A DNA stretch of 64,000 bases from Polyangiaceae bacterium (GTDB lineage Bacteria > Myxococcota_A > Polyangia > Polyangiales > Polyangiaceae): assembly GCA_044376115.1 (NCBI GenBank), contig JBILLK010000004.1, positions 192,001 to 256,000 of the forward strand. The letters run 5' to 3'. Below, piece by piece: positions 18,904-28,770 of this stretch (the stretch's first letter is position 1; the number at the start of each line of letters is the position of its first letter). The position numbers and the translations under genes are program-made. The notes below the pieces were generated by a model. That model was not told the DNA's origin and did no database searches. It saw nothing but the letters and a program-made list of their open reading frames with translations.

Positions 18904-20880
18904 TTAGAACCCGCCGAAACCCCGCTCGTCTCGATCGAGCGGAAGGATCGCCCGGGGGTCTGCGTGGCCATTGGACTTGCCGTTGGTGTGACCGTTCGTG
19001 TGACCGTTCGTGTGGCCGTTCACAGCACCGTTGGGCTTTGGGTAGCCATTCGACTTGGGTTGAGCGCTCGCTTGATTGGCCGTCCCCGCGAAGCCCTGCC
19101 CGCTGCGAAGCATCGCCATCAACTGCTCGACCATTTGTGGGCTCAACCCTGCGAGTGTCGCAGCGGGCGACTCCTCGGGTTGGGCGAGCTTGTACTTCGC
19201 CATGCGTTGATTGAGGACGTCCATCTGACGACTCATCTCTTCAGCAGCCGACGCGACTTCGTTCGATTGCTGACTGCCCGACTGAGCGCCCTCTGTCACC
19301 TGCCCCATCGACGCTGAGATCGACTTGAGGGTACGGGCTTGCTCTTCGCTGGCCGTGGCGATCTCCCCTGCTAGGTCTACAACCTTGACGACGTTGGTGA
19401 CGATCTCTTTGAGCGAGTCGCGCGTCACCGTGGCAATACGCACGCCTTGACTGACCTTCTCGCCGGAGTCCTCGATCAGCTGGGCCGTCTCTTTGGCCGC
19501 CTTTGCGCTGCGCTCGGCTAGGTTGCGGACCTCCTGCGCGACGACCGCGAAACCCTTGCCATGCCGCCCTGCGCGAGCCGCCTCGACTGCCGCGTTGAGC
19601 GCGAGCAAGTTGGTTTGGAAGGCGATCTCATCGATCACCTTGATAATTCGCGCGATTTGCTGAGCCGAGGCGTTGATCTCCGACATCGCCGTCGACATCT
19701 CCTCCATCCGTGCTTGGCCGCCCTGAGCTGCCGACGACGTCTGGGACACCAACTGATTGGCCATCGCCGCGTTCTCGGCGTTGGCTTTCACCATCTCGGA
19801 GGCTCGATCGAGCGAGCTAGAGGACTCCTCGGCTGCACGATTCAGTTGCACCGAGCTCGACGACATCAAATGGCTCGTGGAGCGAAGTTCACCCGAGGCC
19901 TGCGCGATCTGCTCGGCCGCGACCTTTACTTGCCGGAACGAATCCGAGACCGAGTCGAGCAGGGCGTTCATACCCTCACCCACGGTCTTGAAGAAGCCAG
20001 TGTATTGGTCTGAAGAGATGCGTTGGGTAAGGTCACCATTGACCGCGCCGTTGATCACGCGCTGCACTTCTTCTTGAGCCTTCTCCTGCTCCTTGAGCGC
20101 GTTCGTTTGGTCGAGCCACTCAACCGAGAAGCCGACGATGCGGTCGGAGGCATCGCGTGCGCAGGCCGCAATCAGCTGAAAGTTGCGTCCGCCAAGGGTC
20201 AACTTGACCGTATGCGCTCCCCGCAGGTTCGCGAGCAGCTGCCGTTGATGAGAGGGGTTGCGATGAAAGCGGTCAATGCAAGCGCCGATAAGCCCTTCGA
20301 CCCGAAACTGCGGTAGCTCGCGCTGGATCGCAGACTCGCTCTCCCGAAGCATCTGCACCAAGCTGCGATTCATGTACACGATCTCGTAGTTGGCGTTGGC
20401 GATCATCACGTTGGTGCTGCAGCCATCGAGAGCCGCGCGAATGCGTAGGCCCTTCTCGATCTGGTCGGCCGCCTCCGCCCCTAGCCGGTCCCTTTCCAGT
20501 CGTTGTGCCGTGATGTCCTGCGCGAACTTTACGACGCGGTACGGCCGCCCCGACTCATCAAAGATGGGATTGTAGGTGGCTTGCAACCAGACCGTCGAGC
20601 CGTCGCTCTTGACGCGCGCGTACTCCCCCGACTGGAACTGACCACTTCGCAACCGCGTCCAGAACTCGCGGTAGGAGGGGCTCGCAGCCTGGCTGGGGTC
20701 GACGAACTGCTTGTGATGCTTCCCCACGAGTTCGCTGCGCTCGTACCCCATGAGTGCGCAGAAGTTTTCGTTCGCTTCGCGCACAGTACCGTCAAGTTCA
20801 AACTCAATCATCGCCATCGAGCGGGAGATGGCGGTCACTAGGTTGGCGGTATCGTTCGCGGACTGAGGCGTAATGGACAT
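18904..20880 (-). CDS. Soluble methyl-accepting chemotaxis protein, PAS-PAS(heme, Aer2-like)-HAMP-MA
   Basis: No TM; first [18 protein letters not shown]; second [42 protein letters not shown] hairpin; GAGAGG RBS before ATG 20880. Confidence 0.92.
   Translation of the reverse strand: MSITPQSANDTANLVTAISRSMAMIEFELDGTVREANENFCALMGYERSELVGKHHKQFVDPSQAASPSYREFWTRLRSGQFQSGEYARVKSDGSTVWLQATYNPIFDESGRPYRVVKFAQDITAQRLERDRLGAEAADQIEKGLRIRAALDGCSTNVMIANANYEIVYMNRSLVQMLRESESAIQRELPQFRVEGLIGACIDRFHRNPSHQRQLLANLRGAHTVKLTLGGRNFQLIAACARDASDRIVGFSVEWLDQTNALKEQEKAQEEVQRVINGAVNGDLTQRISSDQYTGFFKTVGEGMNALLDSVSDSFRQVKVAAEQIAQASGELRSTSHLMSSSSVQLNRAAEESSSSLDRASEMVKANAENAAMANQLVSQTSSAAQGGQARMEEMSTAMSEINASAQQIARIIKVIDEIAFQTNLLALNAAVEAARAGRHGKGFAVVAQEVRNLAERSAKAAKETAQLIEDSGEKVSQGVRIATVTRDSLKEIVTNVVKVVDLAGEIATASEEQARTLKSISASMGQVTEGAQSGSQQSNEVASAAEEMSRQMDVLNQRMAKYKLAQPEESPAATLAGLSPQMVEQLMAMLRSGQGFAGTANQASAQPKSNGYPKPNGAVNGHTNGHTNGHTNGKSNGHADPRAILPLDRDERGFGGF
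18961..19020 (-). repeat. 12-bp coding tandem repeat (NGHT x3) in the MCP C-terminal tether
   Basis: GTGTGACCGTTC-type units; protein [21 protein letters not shown]. Confidence 0.8.
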
Positions 20881-21193
20881 GGTTCCTCTCGAAGGCTTTC
20901 GCGCCATGGGACTCTTTCGATCGTCGGTCGAGCCAATGCGGCCCCCCAATGGTCCTCTGCGGCACGGCCACCACACCGCTTTACGTCTTTTTGATGAAAC
21001 CCCCCGACGGATCCTCCGCATTCTTACCGACGGCACACGAGCGGCCCGGCTAAACCCCAGCAGAGGCACCACAACGTGCGCGGAAGAACAAAGGTAAGTG
21101 TTTTTTCGGACCTTAAACCTCCGGCCCAAAGAACCGCTTGAGCCCATGTGCCTGAGTCCGCCTTCGCGGACACCTCACCCCAACAGGAACTCT

Positions 21194-21616
21194 GTGACCA
21201 AGCCCCATACAGTGATGGTCGTCGACGATGCCTCGATGATGCGAACAGTCGTGCGCCAAGCGATCGAGGCGAGCGGGCGTTATCAAGTGGTGGCCCAACA
21301 TCCGAACGGCCTCAAAGCGCTTTGGGCGCTCAAGGACGTGGCTCCCGACGTCATCCTCTTGGACGTAGAGATGCCCGTGATGGACGGAGCAACCTTCCTT
21401 CGCCACGCCAGAGTGAAAACGCGCGCCAAGATCGTGGTGCTGTCCGCCGCTTCGGCCTTGGGCAGCGCCAACGCGCGCACCCTGCGTGAAGCCGGAGCAG
21501 ACGCCATCGCCGACAAGCCAGCGGGGTCCGTATCCCCCGACCTGGGAGCGGACTCGCCGCTCGTCTCAGTCCTCGACCGCTTGATGAAAACGGAGCACCC
21601 GAACCATGTCGTATGA
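21194..21616 (+). CDS. Stand-alone receiver-domain protein of CheB-REC type
   Basis: VMVVDD, PDVILLDVEMPVMDG, DKP; GTG start after AGGA. Confidence 0.85.
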   Translation: MTKPHTVMVVDDASMMRTVVRQAIEASGRYQVVAQHPNGLKALWALKDVAPDVILLDVEMPVMDGATFLRHARVKTRAKIVVLSAASALGSANARTLREAGADAIADKPAGSVSPDLGADSPLVSVLDRLMKTEHPNHVV

Positions 21617-22085
21617 CGATGCAGACCTCGATGATGAAGACGACAACATCGACAACACCTACCTGACCTTCACCGTCGCGGAGGAGGAGTACGCGGTGCA
21701 CGTCAAGCACGTGACCGAGATCGTGCGGCTCCAAAAGAGCTTCGCCATGCCAGACGTCCCTGAGTACATCCGCGGTGTCATCAACCTGCGGGGCAAAGTG
21801 ATCCCGCTCTTGGACGTGCGTCGCCGTTTCGGCCTGCGCGAGACGGACTATTCGGATCGCACCGTGATCGTCGTGCTCGAGGTCGGGGACGCCGCCACCG
21901 GCTTGGTTGTCGATGGGGTGAGCGAGGTGGCCGAGATCATGCCGGGAGACATCGACTCCAAGGCCGTCGCAGCTCGCTCCAAGAACGGCTCGCTCGTGTC
22001 TGGGATGGGCAAGCGAGCCGACCGAGTGAGCTTCATCCTGGACGTGCCGTTCCTACTCGCCGCGAACGAAGTTCAAGCAGCCTGA
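21606..22085 (+). CDS. cheW: Chemotaxis coupling protein CheW
   Basis: YLTF, YIRGVINLRGKVIPLLD, GLVVDGVSEV. Confidence 0.93.
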   Translation: MSYDDADLDDEDDNIDNTYLTFTVAEEEYAVHVKHVTEIVRLQKSFAMPDVPEYIRGVINLRGKVIPLLDVRRRFGLRETDYSDRTVIVVLEVGDAATGLVVDGVSEVAEIMPGDIDSKAVAARSKNGSLVSGMGKRADRVSFILDVPFLLAANEVQAA

Positions 22086-22106
22086 GCCAGCCGAGAAAGA
22101 ACGACC

Positions 22107-24869
22107 ATGAGCCGCGGGGATGATCAAGAGGTTTGGGAGAACTACCAGAATGACGCTTCAGAAGCGCTGCAGGACATCGAGGAGAGCCTGCTCGCGCTGG
22201 AGAGCGATGAGACCTCGACTGAGAACCTGCACCGGCTCTATCGCGGCCTCCATTCGATCAAGGGCAACTCGGGGTTTCTCGCGCTCGAGACGATCGAGCG
22301 CCTGGCCCACGCTTCCGAAGACCTGATCGGGCTCGTGCGCGACGGCGGCATCCCGTTGGATCGCGAGATCGTTGAGCTAACGTTGCGCTCGATCGACGAA
22401 TTGCGACGCCTGATCGAACTAGCCCGTCAGAGCCGACGGAACCCGCCCGCCAACACCCAGGTAAACGAACTGATCGAGACGATCTCTCGTGCTCACTCAG
22501 CACGCGGAGGCGTCAAACACATCGCGAAAGGCCCGGCGTTTGGCTTCTTCACCAGCCTTCCGGTCGCAGCCGTCACGATGGTCGACCCGGAGCCGATCGA
22601 AATTTTCCTCGCAGTGGTTCGAATCGCGCTCCCGGAGCTAGGGGTCGCGCTGCGAGGCCTCGGCGCTAACGAGGAGGCGGCAAAGCAGGCTTTGGCGGCG
22701 TGCTCGAAACTGCGCCTCCCTGCCGACCGGCTGTCGCTGGTCCGAGTAGTCGACGCTTGCGCTGCTCTCGATCGAGCGGTCAACCAACGGAGCGCGGCGA
22801 ACGTAGTCGACATCGCAGAGATGGATCTGTACGAGCGCGTGGTCGAGGTTGAGGACTACCTCCGCCTGATTGCGCCCACGAGCGAAGACTTCGGCATCCG
22901 CGGCCTGCTTCAGGCGGCTTGCGCAGAAACCGTCTTCAGCGATCTTGCCTCGTTCAAGCAGCTGCTCGAAGACCCCAACGGCCTGAGCCATGAAGCGGTC
23001 CGTCGCGTACTTCGCCGCCTTGCGTTGGCCTGCACCCACTTTGGTTTCAAGAACGGCACTGCCCGCGTACTCGACGTTGCGGATTCGCTCATGCGAGCAA
23101 TCGAGCTGGGGACGCCGATCTCGACTCAGTTGCTCGAGCTGTGTCAGACCCTGATCAAGGATCTCGGCAGCGAGGCACAGCGCGCGGTGGACGGCGGCGG
23201 CGAGGACATTCGCGAGCTACCGATCGGCCCCGATGTACGAGCAAAGGCGGTCTCTCTCCCGGTGTCGTCCGCGCTCAAGCAGGTGCTCAACGAGCGGGCC
23301 TTCGCGGTATTGGCCGATCTTCGCCCCAAGGGCTGGCAAACCTGTGAGGTTCGTTGTTCGCTTTCGGCGGGCGCAGAAATCGACGCGCGGGTGCGCGACT
23401 TTCTGCGTTCCCCCGCGGTGATGCTCGTGACCTCCGCGGTGGATGGTCCCGACGCCGTCTTCCTCGTCGGGGTCGCCGCACTGAATGAGCTCCGCGCAGA
23501 GCTCGCCAAGATCGACCCGACTCGCATCTTGGTGCGCATCGCAGGCGAGCTGCCCTTCGATCTGGCTGCGCCACCGGGACGAGCGCTCGCACACTCGGTG
23601 CGAGTCGAGGTGAAGTATTCCGAGCTACCCAAGCCTAAGCCGGTGGCCGTGGCTGCTCAGCCCAAAGCGCCAGCGCGCAGCAACTCCGACGACGAAAGCA
23701 AGGATCAGAAGGCCGAGTTTCTTCGGGTGGACGCTCGCAAGATCTCGCTGCTGCTGGATCTAGCGAGCGAGATCGGACTTGCCTGCGGAGCCGTGACGCA
23801 TCACCCCGCGCTGGAAGGGCTCGAGCTCGAAGGCTACTCGCAAGCTGCACACAAGCTGGAGCTGCTGGTGCGCGAGATGCAGAACGAGGTCTCTGGCATG
23901 CGCCTCGTTGCGGTCGCCGGTGTGTTCCAACGGATGCGGCGCGTCGTTCGCGACACCGCCATGCGAACCGGCAAAGAGGTTGAGCTGGTGCTCGAAGGTG
24001 AAGAGACCGAGATCGACAAGGTCATGGTGGACGCGCTGCAAGACCCTCTGGTGCACGTCCTCCGCAATGCCATCGACCACGGCATCGAGCTGCCCGAGGA
24101 GCGCGTTGCGCTAGGCAAGTCGCGCGTGGGCCGAATCGTTCTTTCGGCGTCGCATCAAGGCGGCGAGGTCTCGATCGAGGTCTCTGATGACGGCGCAGGA
24201 ATCAAGCGTGACCGCGTTCGAGAGCGCGCCGAGTCCCGCGGGTTGATTGAGCCGGGCAAGGAGCTCTCCGATGACGAGACGCTCGCGCTCGTCTTTGCGC
24301 CGGGCTTCTCCACGAAAGAGACCGTGGATGAACTATCGGGTCGCGGCGTTGGAATGGACGTCGTCAAGACCACCATCACAGGGCTTCGCGGGCGTGTTGG
24401 GCTCAAGAGCACCGAGGGCCGTGGCTCACGCCTTACGATGACCATGCCGCTGACGTTGGCCTTCGTCGAATCGATGGTCGTACGCGAACGGGACCGACTG
24501 TTCGCGTTGCCAATCGAGAAAGTGTTCGAGGTATTCAAAGCCGAAGCGAGTCAGATCTCCCGCAATTCGGCCGACGGCCAAACGCTGGTCAAGGTTCGCG
24601 GAACCATGGTGCCGGTGCTGTGGCTGCATCGCTTCTGGTCGGACCAAAGTGGTGTACCGACGGACGACGTGGACGGCCGCATTCTCGTAGTCGTTCAGAC
24701 GTCGCACGGCGAGTTTGCGCTCCCCGTCGACGCCCTGCTGGGCAACCAGCAAGTCATGCTCAAACCGCTGCGTGGCCCGCTCGCGGGGATACGCGCAGCA
24801 GCGGGCTGCGGCATGCTGCGCACTGGAGACGTGGCACTCGCTATCGACTGTGAGCAACTCTATGCCTGA
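22107..24869 (+). CDS. cheA: Chemotaxis histidine kinase CheA
   Basis: HPT LYRGLHSIKG, dimerisation LRVD, HVLRNAIDHGIE, SGRGVGMDVV, C-terminal CheW-like domain. Confidence 0.95.
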   Translation: MSRGDDQEVWENYQNDASEALQDIEESLLALESDETSTENLHRLYRGLHSIKGNSGFLALETIERLAHASEDLIGLVRDGGIPLDREIVELTLRSIDELRRLIELARQSRRNPPANTQVNELIETISRAHSARGGVKHIAKGPAFGFFTSLPVAAVTMVDPEPIEIFLAVVRIALPELGVALRGLGANEEAAKQALAACSKLRLPADRLSLVRVVDACAALDRAVNQRSAANVVDIAEMDLYERVVEVEDYLRLIAPTSEDFGIRGLLQAACAETVFSDLASFKQLLEDPNGLSHEAVRRVLRRLALACTHFGFKNGTARVLDVADSLMRAIELGTPISTQLLELCQTLIKDLGSEAQRAVDGGGEDIRELPIGPDVRAKAVSLPVSSALKQVLNERAFAVLADLRPKGWQTCEVRCSLSAGAEIDARVRDFLRSPAVMLVTSAVDGPDAVFLVGVAALNELRAELAKIDPTRILVRIAGELPFDLAAPPGRALAHSVRVEVKYSELPKPKPVAVAAQPKAPARSNSDDESKDQKAEFLRVDARKISLLLDLASEIGLACGAVTHHPALEGLELEGYSQAAHKLELLVREMQNEVSGMRLVAVAGVFQRMRRVVRDTAMRTGKEVELVLEGEETEIDKVMVDALQDPLVHVLRNAIDHGIELPEERVALGKSRVGRIVLSASHQGGEVSIEVSDDGAGIKRDRVRERAESRGLIEPGKELSDDETLALVFAPGFSTKETVDELSGRGVGMDVVKTTITGLRGRVGLKSTEGRGSRLTMTMPLTLAFVESMVVRERDRLFALPIEKVFEVFKAEASQISRNSADGQTLVKVRGTMVPVLWLHRFWSDQSGVPTDDVDGRILVVVQTSHGEFALPVDALLGNQQVMLKPLRGPLAGIRAAAGCGMLRTGDVALAIDCEQLYA

Positions 24870-25668
24870 TGGAAGCTCCTTTGGTCCGGACCGCTGGTCC
24901 GAGGTTCGCCGTTGGGTATCGACGAACTGCGGAATCGTGCTCGAACACGCCCGCGGCGAGGTGTTTGCGAATCGCCTCGACGCGTTGCAAAAAAAAGAGG
25001 GCATCGGCCCAAGCGAGCTCCTGTTTAAGCTCCGAAGCGGGGACCGTCGTTGGGCGCTCGCCGTGGCCGACGCTGCTTCTACCAATTACACGCAGTTCTT
25101 TCGCGAGCGAGACGCCTTCGACATTCTGAGTAGGGACGTCTATCCGCGACTCCCAGACGGTCCTATTCGCATGTGGTCAGCTGCTGCCTCCACGGGGGAG
25201 GAGGGCTACTCCATGGCGGTACACGTGTGCGAGCAGCTCGGCGCCGCGGCTGCACGCCGCGTAAAGATCCTCGGCACGGACATCAGTGATCGCCACATCA
25301 CGACTGCCGAGAAGGCACTCTACAGCGAGGCTCGTCTCACCCATCTGACACCGCAAGAGCAACAGTACTTCGAGCGAGTCGGGATGGGACAAACGCGCGT
25401 TCGCTCTGACATCCGCGCGATGTGTACCTTCAGGCAGCTGAACCTATTGGCGCCAGAATGGCCATTTTCCCAGCCCTTCCACGTGATCTTTTGTCGCAAC
25501 GTCCTCTACTACTTTGAGCACGCTTCGCGCACCCAGATCTTCGAACAGTGCTTTGAGTGCGCTGCTCCCGGGGCGTTCCTCATCGCGAGTTTTACCGACC
25601 CAACCTCGGACATCGTTTCGCGTTGGACGAGCGTCCAGCCCGGCATTTTTCGTAAGGACCACTCGTGA
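24862..25668 (+). CDS. cheR: Chemotaxis methyltransferase CheR
   Basis: TNYTQFFRE, WSAAASTGEEGYS, GTDIS, IFCRNVLYYF. Confidence 0.92.
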   Translation: MPDGSSFGPDRWSEVRRWVSTNCGIVLEHARGEVFANRLDALQKKEGIGPSELLFKLRSGDRRWALAVADAASTNYTQFFRERDAFDILSRDVYPRLPDGPIRMWSAAASTGEEGYSMAVHVCEQLGAAAARRVKILGTDISDRHITTAEKALYSEARLTHLTPQEQQYFERVGMGQTRVRSDIRAMCTFRQLNLLAPEWPFSQPFHVIFCRNVLYYFEHASRTQIFEQCFECAAPGAFLIASFTDPTSDIVSRWTSVQPGIFRKDHS

Positions 25669-26693
25669 GCAAACCGATTCGCGTACTGATCGTCGACGAT
25701 TCGGCCCTGGTGCGTTCGATTCTTGAACGCGGACTCTCGCGCGACCCCGAGCTCACCGTCGTCGGGCTCGCTCCCAATCCCTATGAGGCCCGCGACTTAC
25801 TCGTTCGGCTCCAGCCGGATGTGATGACGCTGGATGTCGAGATGCCGCGCATGGATGGGGTCACCTTCATTCGCAAGTTCATGTCGGTCTTGCCGACCCC
25901 CACGGTGGTGCTGAGTTCGCTTACGACGAGCGGCTCCGCGTTGGCCATCCAAGCGCTCGAGGCTGGCGCTGTGGATGTGATCGCCAAACCGAGTTCCAGC
26001 GTAGCAGGCGGCTTGGAAGGCATGATGTCGCAGCTGATTGAGCGCGTGAAGGCAGCGGCGCGCGCGCGTGTAACGCAAAAGGCGGTTGCGGTCGTCGAGC
26101 CTACGCAACAGGCGCTGGATTCGACGACCGACTCAGTGATTGGACTGGGCGCATCAACAGGCGGCGTAGCTGCGCTCACGCGCATATTGCCGACGTTTCC
26201 TTCGTGGTCGTCGGGCATCGTCGTCGTGCAACACATGCCGGCTGGCTTCACGGCGGACTTTGCCAGGCGCCTCAGCGGCCTGTGCCAAATGAAGGTGAGC
26301 GAAGCCAAACACGGCGATAGAGTCCTGCGTGGCCACATTTTGGTCGGGCCCGGCGGCGAGCAGCACGTCGAGGTTCGTCGCTACGGTGGTGAGTATCGCA
26401 TTCACCTTCGCGCTGGGGATTTGGTGTCGGGACACAGGCCGTCGATCGACGTCTTCTTTGCGTCTTTGGCGGAGAGCGTTGGGAAGAATGCTGCAGCCTG
26501 TTTGCTGACCGGGATGGGGGCAGATGGCGCGCAAGGGCTCCTGCAGCTGCTGCGAGCCGGCGGAAGGACCTTCGCTCAAGACCAGGAAACCTGCGCGGTC
26601 TGGGGTATGCCCGCCGCCGCACAATCTCTTGGAGCAGCCCAGCGCTTCGTGCCGCTGCACGAGATCCCAAACGTGCTGATGCAAGCGGCGTAG
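25665..26693 (+). CDS. cheB: Chemotaxis methylesterase CheB
   Basis: REC domain plus GASTGG, QHMP and GMGADG catalytic triad motifs. Confidence 0.95.
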   Translation: MSKPIRVLIVDDSALVRSILERGLSRDPELTVVGLAPNPYEARDLLVRLQPDVMTLDVEMPRMDGVTFIRKFMSVLPTPTVVLSSLTTSGSALAIQALEAGAVDVIAKPSSSVAGGLEGMMSQLIERVKAAARARVTQKAVAVVEPTQQALDSTTDSVIGLGASTGGVAALTRILPTFPSWSSGIVVVQHMPAGFTADFARRLSGLCQMKVSEAKHGDRVLRGHILVGPGGEQHVEVRRYGGEYRIHLRAGDLVSGHRPSIDVFFASLAESVGKNAAACLLTGMGADGAQGLLQLLRAGGRTFAQDQETCAVWGMPAAAQSLGAAQRFVPLHEIPNVLMQAA

Positions 26694-26866
26694 TGAACAC
26701 GCGGCGGCGCGAAGGGGCGTAGTGGTGTAGTGGCGTCGCGACCGAGGTATCTCGGGTCGCGAACGCGGATGCGCAGGAGCGAACACAGGCGCGCCTTCGC
26801 CTTCGTCATACGAAGCTCGTGAGCGAGGTTTCAGACGAGGCGCGATAGCGTGAGCCGCGCGCGGAC

Positions 26867-26971
26867 TCAGCGGCCGAGCCAGGCAAGTACGGCAGGAATG
26901 CTGAGCCACAAGAGCCCTTTGATCAGAAAGAACATGAAGCCGCCGAAGCCGAGCCGCTTCAGCCAGCTCAT
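26867..26971 (-). CDS. Small membrane protein (34 aa), below the ORF-track cutoff
   Basis: Hand translation MSWLKRLGFGGFMFFLIKGLLWLSIPAVLAWLGR*; in-frame upstream ATG at 27028 is possible. Confidence 0.7.
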   Translation of the reverse strand: MSWLKRLGFGGFMFFLIKGLLWLSIPAVLAWLGR

Positions 26972-27073
26972 TGCGCGGGAGTTTGGAGCAACTGGGAACG
27001 TCCTCGGCGCCACTGAATCACGGACCATGTTCTGATATCGGCAAGCCCAACGAAGGCTTAACCGACACTAGCC

Positions 27074-28456
27074 TCAAAGCCCACGTTTGCCGCGTAGAAG
27101 CTGGAAGTAGCGGCGAGCGACCCCGGCCGAGCGCGCCGCACTGGTGGCATCCCCACCGTGGTCACCGAGCAGCTTTGCCAAGTACCGCCTCTCGAACTCC
27201 TGAACGACCAGATCGCGCGCTGCGGATAGCGGCAGGCCCGAACTCAACGCCTTACGCATCGTCTCCTCGATGCTGCCGCCCTCGGTGTCGGGCGGGCGTA
27301 CCGACTCAGGAGCCGACGGCCGTGGGACGCGCGAGCCACCGCGAGAAGCACCAGGTGGTGGCGCGAGGTCTCCCAACGCGAGCCGCCGAACCACGACATT
27401 GCGCAGCTCACGAACGTTGCCCGGCCAATCATAGGCCTCGAGCCGTGACGAGAAGTCCGCTGGCATGGCGGCCCCCTCACCCACGGCATCCCAAAAATGA
27501 CGAGCCAGAAACGCGACGTCCCCGGCTCGTTCACGCAGCGGCGGAAGCTCCACTCGCGCCACCGCCAACCGGTAAAAAAGATCGTCGCGGAAGCGACCCA
27601 GCTGGATCTCGCGCTCCAGATCGCGACGCGTCGCGCCCATCACCCGCACGTTGACCTGCAACCATTTGGTTCCGCCTACCCGGCGAATCTCCGAACGCTC
27701 GATGGCACGGAGCAACTTCGGCTGCAGCGAGATGTCGAGGTCACCGATCTCGTCGAGCAACAACGTGCCGCCGTCGGCCTGCTCGAACACACCGGGCTGT
27801 GAGCCGACAGCGCCGGTATAGGCGCCACGCTCGTGCCCAAATAGCGCCGCCTCCATCAGGTTGGGCGCGACGGCGGTGCAGTCGAACACCACGAAGTTGC
27901 GATCTTTGCGGGCACTTCTTGCGTGAATCGCCTCCGCCACAACCTCTTTGCCTGTCCCCGTTTCCCCCTCGATCACGAGCGGGACATCGCTCTTGGCAAG
28001 TCGTTCGAGCAGCGGGTAAAGCCTGCGCATCTCCAGGCTCATCCCAAGCAGCGTGCCGAAACGATCCTCGGTCACCGGCAACACGAAGCCCTGGCTCGAC
28101 TCGATTCGCAACGAGGTATCGCCCACGCGCAGGGTCTCGCCCCCGACGGCGTGGGCCTCACGGATCCAAAGGCCGTTGAGGAAAGTACCGTTGGTCGAAC
28201 CCATGTCGACGATGCGCAGTCGCCCGCTGACCACGTCAAAACTCGCGTGCGCGCGGGACACGCGCGGATCGGTCAAGCGAAGCGGCGCTAGCGGGCTCTT
28301 CCCGACATGCGCGCGCGAAGGTCGCGTGCCGTCAATGACGAGGCGCGCTCCGAGATCCGGCGAGCCAGCCGGAGCATCGACCACTGTCACCGCAAAGGCA
28401 GGAACGGCGGCCGGCCGAAGCCATCCAATCGGAGTTCCATCGTCGTCTGCGACCAT
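27074..28456 (-). CDS. FHA-domain sigma54-dependent enhancer-binding protein
   Basis: FHA (VSRAHA, GSTNGT), GETGTGKE, GAYTGA, FRDDLFYRL, WPGNVRELRN, C-terminal HTH. Confidence 0.92.
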   Translation of the reverse strand: MVADDDGTPIGWLRPAAVPAFAVTVVDAPAGSPDLGARLVIDGTRPSRAHVGKSPLAPLRLTDPRVSRAHASFDVVSGRLRIVDMGSTNGTFLNGLWIREAHAVGGETLRVGDTSLRIESSQGFVLPVTEDRFGTLLGMSLEMRRLYPLLERLAKSDVPLVIEGETGTGKEVVAEAIHARSARKDRNFVVFDCTAVAPNLMEAALFGHERGAYTGAVGSQPGVFEQADGGTLLLDEIGDLDISLQPKLLRAIERSEIRRVGGTKWLQVNVRVMGATRRDLEREIQLGRFRDDLFYRLAVARVELPPLRERAGDVAFLARHFWDAVGEGAAMPADFSSRLEAYDWPGNVRELRNVVVRRLALGDLAPPPGASRGGSRVPRPSAPESVRPPDTEGGSIEETMRKALSSGLPLSAARDLVVQEFERRYLAKLLGDHGGDATSAARSAGVARRYFQLLRGKRGL

Positions 28457-28592
28457 CGCTGCAATGTGCCCAAGCAACGCGCCCTCGACAAGCTTCGTTC
28501 CAGGTAGTTTTGTCGAAGCTCACACCAAAGAGGTTGCAATGCTGCTTCGCCTTGACTACACCAGGCGCCGCTTGGGCCTAACACAAGCAAAC

Positions 28593-28666
28593 GTCCCCAT
28601 CGTCTAGTCGGCCCAGGACCCAGCCCTTTCAAGGCTGTTACGCGGGTTCGAATCCCGCTGGGGACG
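28593..28666 (+). tRNA. tRNA-Glu (TTC)
   Basis: Acceptor GTCCCCA/TGGGGAC, anticodon arm CAGCC-CTTTCAA-GGCTG, T-loop GGTTCGAATCC; CCA not encoded. Confidence 0.95.
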
Positions 28667-28770
28667 CAAGAATCGCCACCCTCGGACTCGTTCGAGCGGT
28701 GGCGATGTCGTTCCATCGAGTTCGCGTTGGCTGCAGCGCATCGCCGCTTGGCGTGCTTCGTTCGAGTCCG

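Noticed and set aside
20900..21190. Sigma28- or sigma54-like promoters for the chemosensory cluster
   Set aside because: Candidates (TAAA-N15-ACCGCTTG near 21115; GGCACACGAGCGGC near 21032) match consensus too weakly to call.
26715..26775. tRNA-like start (GGCGTAGTGGTGTAGTGG) followed by a hairpin
   Set aside because: No T-loop (TTCRA) and no acceptor-stem pairing; more likely a simple hairpin after cheB.
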